DNA of 64,000 nucleotides from Myxococcales bacterium. Its GTDB lineage: Bacteria; Myxococcota_A; Bradymonadia; UBA7976; UBA1532. Below are positions 61,844 through 64,000 of the stretch, one piece after another; positions within the stretch are counted from its first letter, which is position 1, and the number at the start of each line of letters is the position of its first letter. The notes below the pieces were generated by a model. The model had not been told where the DNA came from. It ran no database searches and saw nothing but the letters and a program-made list of their open reading frames with translations. The translations under genes and the position numbers were made by a program. The stretch lies in the NCBI GenBank assembly GCA_002731825.1, contig PCCS01000017.1, positions 123,420 to 187,419 of the forward strand, written 5' to 3'.

Positions 61844-64000
61844 ATGACGAAGCTGAACCGATGCGTACACCTTGTTGCTTTCCTATCCACCCTCTTTTGC
61901 GCCTGTGGTGAACAGACGCCGAACGTCACACTGGGTTTAGAACCGGATTCTCAAATCCCCATTGAAATCGATGCGAGTGTCGATCCCGATGCACACATTG
62001 TCGATGCGGCTCCTGTCATAGATGCGATGGCCATAGTCGATGCGGCTCCGATGGATTCAAGCATACCGGACTACGTGATCGACATCCCACCTGAGCTACA
62101 TCCAAAAGCCCACGAGTATGTCGTCCTCGGTGGCGGCGACGAGACCCTGGTTGCTTGGTGGCGTGGTGGCCGCCTTTTCTTGAAGCGATTTAATGCAACG
62201 ATCGAACCGGCCGGGGACTCCGGTGTACCACCGGTTGGACCTATTGATCCGAGTCGGATCCAAATCATTGAAAACGAGAGTCAGGAAATTGGTTTTTTTC
62301 CGCCTTACGATGGCGACATGAGAGGCCAACGAGCGCCAAACCAGAGTGATGGACACCCTGGCTGGCTCTTTCTACCTGGTCCGGCCGACCAAGGCTGGCT
62401 GGGGATCGACCTGACGAACTCGACATTCGAAGCCGTCGAACTCGGGATTTTTGGGGATGTGAAGCTTGGCGCACGGAGTGCCGGGGCATCCGACTCGGAC
62501 CAAGTTATCGTTCTTGGACAACCGACCGAAGATGACGTCAATGACATAGCCATGATCGTGCTGGATGATGGTCCAACGTCTACGCCTCGAATGGACGCCA
62601 GGAATCGACCGCGACCCGTCGATATCACAACCAGCGGGACCCATTGGGTGTTCGCGTACGAAGACGGCATTTGCGCGTTGATCCAAGGTACATCAAGTGG
62701 CCCTGACGACGAACTGGGGACATGGCGCTGTGGAACCGCCAACAATACCCGTTTGGTGGGTCGCGGACCCGCAAACTCAGATGAACCAGGGTTCTACGGT
62801 GTCGGCCAAACACAAACGGACGTCGTCGCTTGGGACATTCGACCAGGAGAACGCGTGTATCCCGTTGGGCTCATCTCTGATGATGCTCTAGCCCAACCCA
62901 ATCAGCCAGATGATGACTCAATACCTAATGGGAGCGATATTGGCCCCAGCGAAACGGACGCAGGCATCGACGATGCAGACGTCATAGACGCAAGCTTTGA
63001 TGCTGGTTCGCCTTTAGACGAGGGGGTGGCCGACGCCGCTGATACGGATGCAAGCCCATTGGATGCCGCACAAGACGACGCATCCAGTGAACCGCCAATC
63101 GTCCAGAGCGGGCAGATGATACTCGCTGAAACAGGGGCCGCACTGGTTTGGCGAAATCCACTTCCCAATGGGAGAAGCGCAACACTCGGCGATGGGTCAG
63201 CCGTCCTATTCGAACAAAGTCAAATTCGTTTTGTTGACAGTCTCGAACAGCCGCGTTTGGGTTTGATCAGTGCCACCGGAGGCGCCATTTTCTCATTGGT
63301 TTGGGATGAAATTCGAGGCGAACCTGTCGCAGTCCGCGACTCGCTGGTCCGAACGGCACCGGTTCCAAAAGCATCAGAGTCTGTATGTCCGTCTCGTTCA
63401 CCGGAAGCCTGCGATCATATAGACCGTGACTGCGACGGGTACAGCTATGCACATTTGTGCTGCCACTTCAGCTTTGCTTTTGAGGACATCACACTTCCAG
63501 CGAGCGAGAGTCTAGACGGGCCTTGGTTTGTTAGATTGGGCGACGAGGGACCACTGACCGCCGTTGGCTATTCGGGTCGAGTGGAACTGCATACGCTGAG
63601 CCAAGGGCGGAACAACTGCCTTGGATGTTGGCCTCAAGGGCATTCGATCACTGGATTTAGTGGGGACGGGGCCGTATTTGTTATCAGTGCCGAAGCGCAA
63701 TTGAGCGACGAGGCCGAACTGATCGCCTGCTCGGCGGACTGTGCTGTTGCTGAGTCTCTGTCCACAACCATCAATACGGAGCCAAATGACGATGATGATG
63801 AGGATGTCGATGCCGGTCTCGATGTCGGTCTCGATGCCAGTCTCAATCCAGATCAGGGCACCGATGGAACAACCGATCTGGGTCCAACCGACGCGGGTGT
63901 CAGCGATGAGTCGATGGACGGCGACATGGGCACTGTCCAAGACCGGTCAGCACATGTCTTGTTCTGGCATCTCAGACCAGGTGTGGTGCGGACAACGGAG
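61844..64000 (+). CDS. Hypothetical lipoprotein, runs off the right edge
   Basis: Not in the ORF track. Manual translation is open for 719 codons; lipobox LFCAC; acidic DAG linkers; EACDHIDRDCDG motif resembling the putative metal-binding (MopE-like) repeat. Confidence 0.8.
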   Translation, partial: MTKLNRCVHLVAFLSTLFCACGEQTPNVTLGLEPDSQIPIEIDASVDPDAHIVDAAPVIDAMAIVDAAPMDSSIPDYVIDIPPELHPKAHEYVVLGGGDETLVAWWRGGRLFLKRFNATIEPAGDSGVPPVGPIDPSRIQIIENESQEIGFFPPYDGDMRGQRAPNQSDGHPGWLFLPGPADQGWLGIDLTNSTFEAVELGIFGDVKLGARSAGASDSDQVIVLGQPTEDDVNDIAMIVLDDGPTSTPRMDARNRPRPVDITTSGTHWVFAYEDGICALIQGTSSGPDDELGTWRCGTANNTRLVGRGPANSDEPGFYGVGQTQTDVVAWDIRPGERVYPVGLISDDALAQPNQPDDDSIPNGSDIGPSETDAGIDDADVIDASFDAGSPLDEGVADAADTDASPLDAAQDDASSEPPIVQSGQMILAETGAALVWRNPLPNGRSATLGDGSAVLFEQSQIRFVDSLEQPRLGLISATGGAIFSLVWDEIRGEPVAVRDSLVRTAPVPKASESVCPSRSPEACDHIDRDCDGYSYAHLCCHFSFAFEDITLPASESLDGPWFVRLGDEGPLTAVGYSGRVELHTLSQGRNNCLGCWPQGHSITGFSGDGAVFVISAEAQLSDEAELIACSADCAVAESLSTTINTEPNDDDDEDVDAGLDVGLDASLNPDQGTDGTTDLGPTDAGVSDESMDGDMGTVQDRSAHVLFWHLRPGVVRTTE

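Overview
Bacterial chromosome segment, densely coding, roughly mid-50s % GC by eye. Gene content points to a Myxococcota-like deltaproteobacterium (inference): eukaryote-like Ser/Thr kinases, PEGA/TPR proteins, many Cys-rich lipoproteins, DUF4215-type repeats, fused aspartokinase-DAP decarboxylase. I found no rRNA, tRNA, CRISPR array, integrase or transposase. About 43 credible CDSs, two of them partial and absent from the ORF track: a gamma-glutamylcyclotransferase at <1-403 (-) and a lipoprotein at 61844->64000 (+). Main leads: (1) a translationally coupled DUF2760-Hsp70-Hsp70/DUF3731 operon that continues into an orphan outer-membrane barrel and a large VWA/beta-propeller protein; (2) three thioredoxin-fold exported proteins clustered with a DUF6029-like barrel ending in CVGGVC, a possible trans-envelope thiol relay; (3) a Zn-ribbon/STAND/TPR protein with an erased Walker B, coupled to a SUKH (SMI1/KNR4) gene, near two stand-alone cNMP-binding proteins; (4) a pseudokinase beside two intact kinases; (5) an HBHA/PhaF-like lysine-rich protein beside a DUF3336-patatin lipase, with paired palindromic operators over its promoter; (6) paired LexA-like boxes at recN. 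All family assignments come from motif recognition, not database searches.
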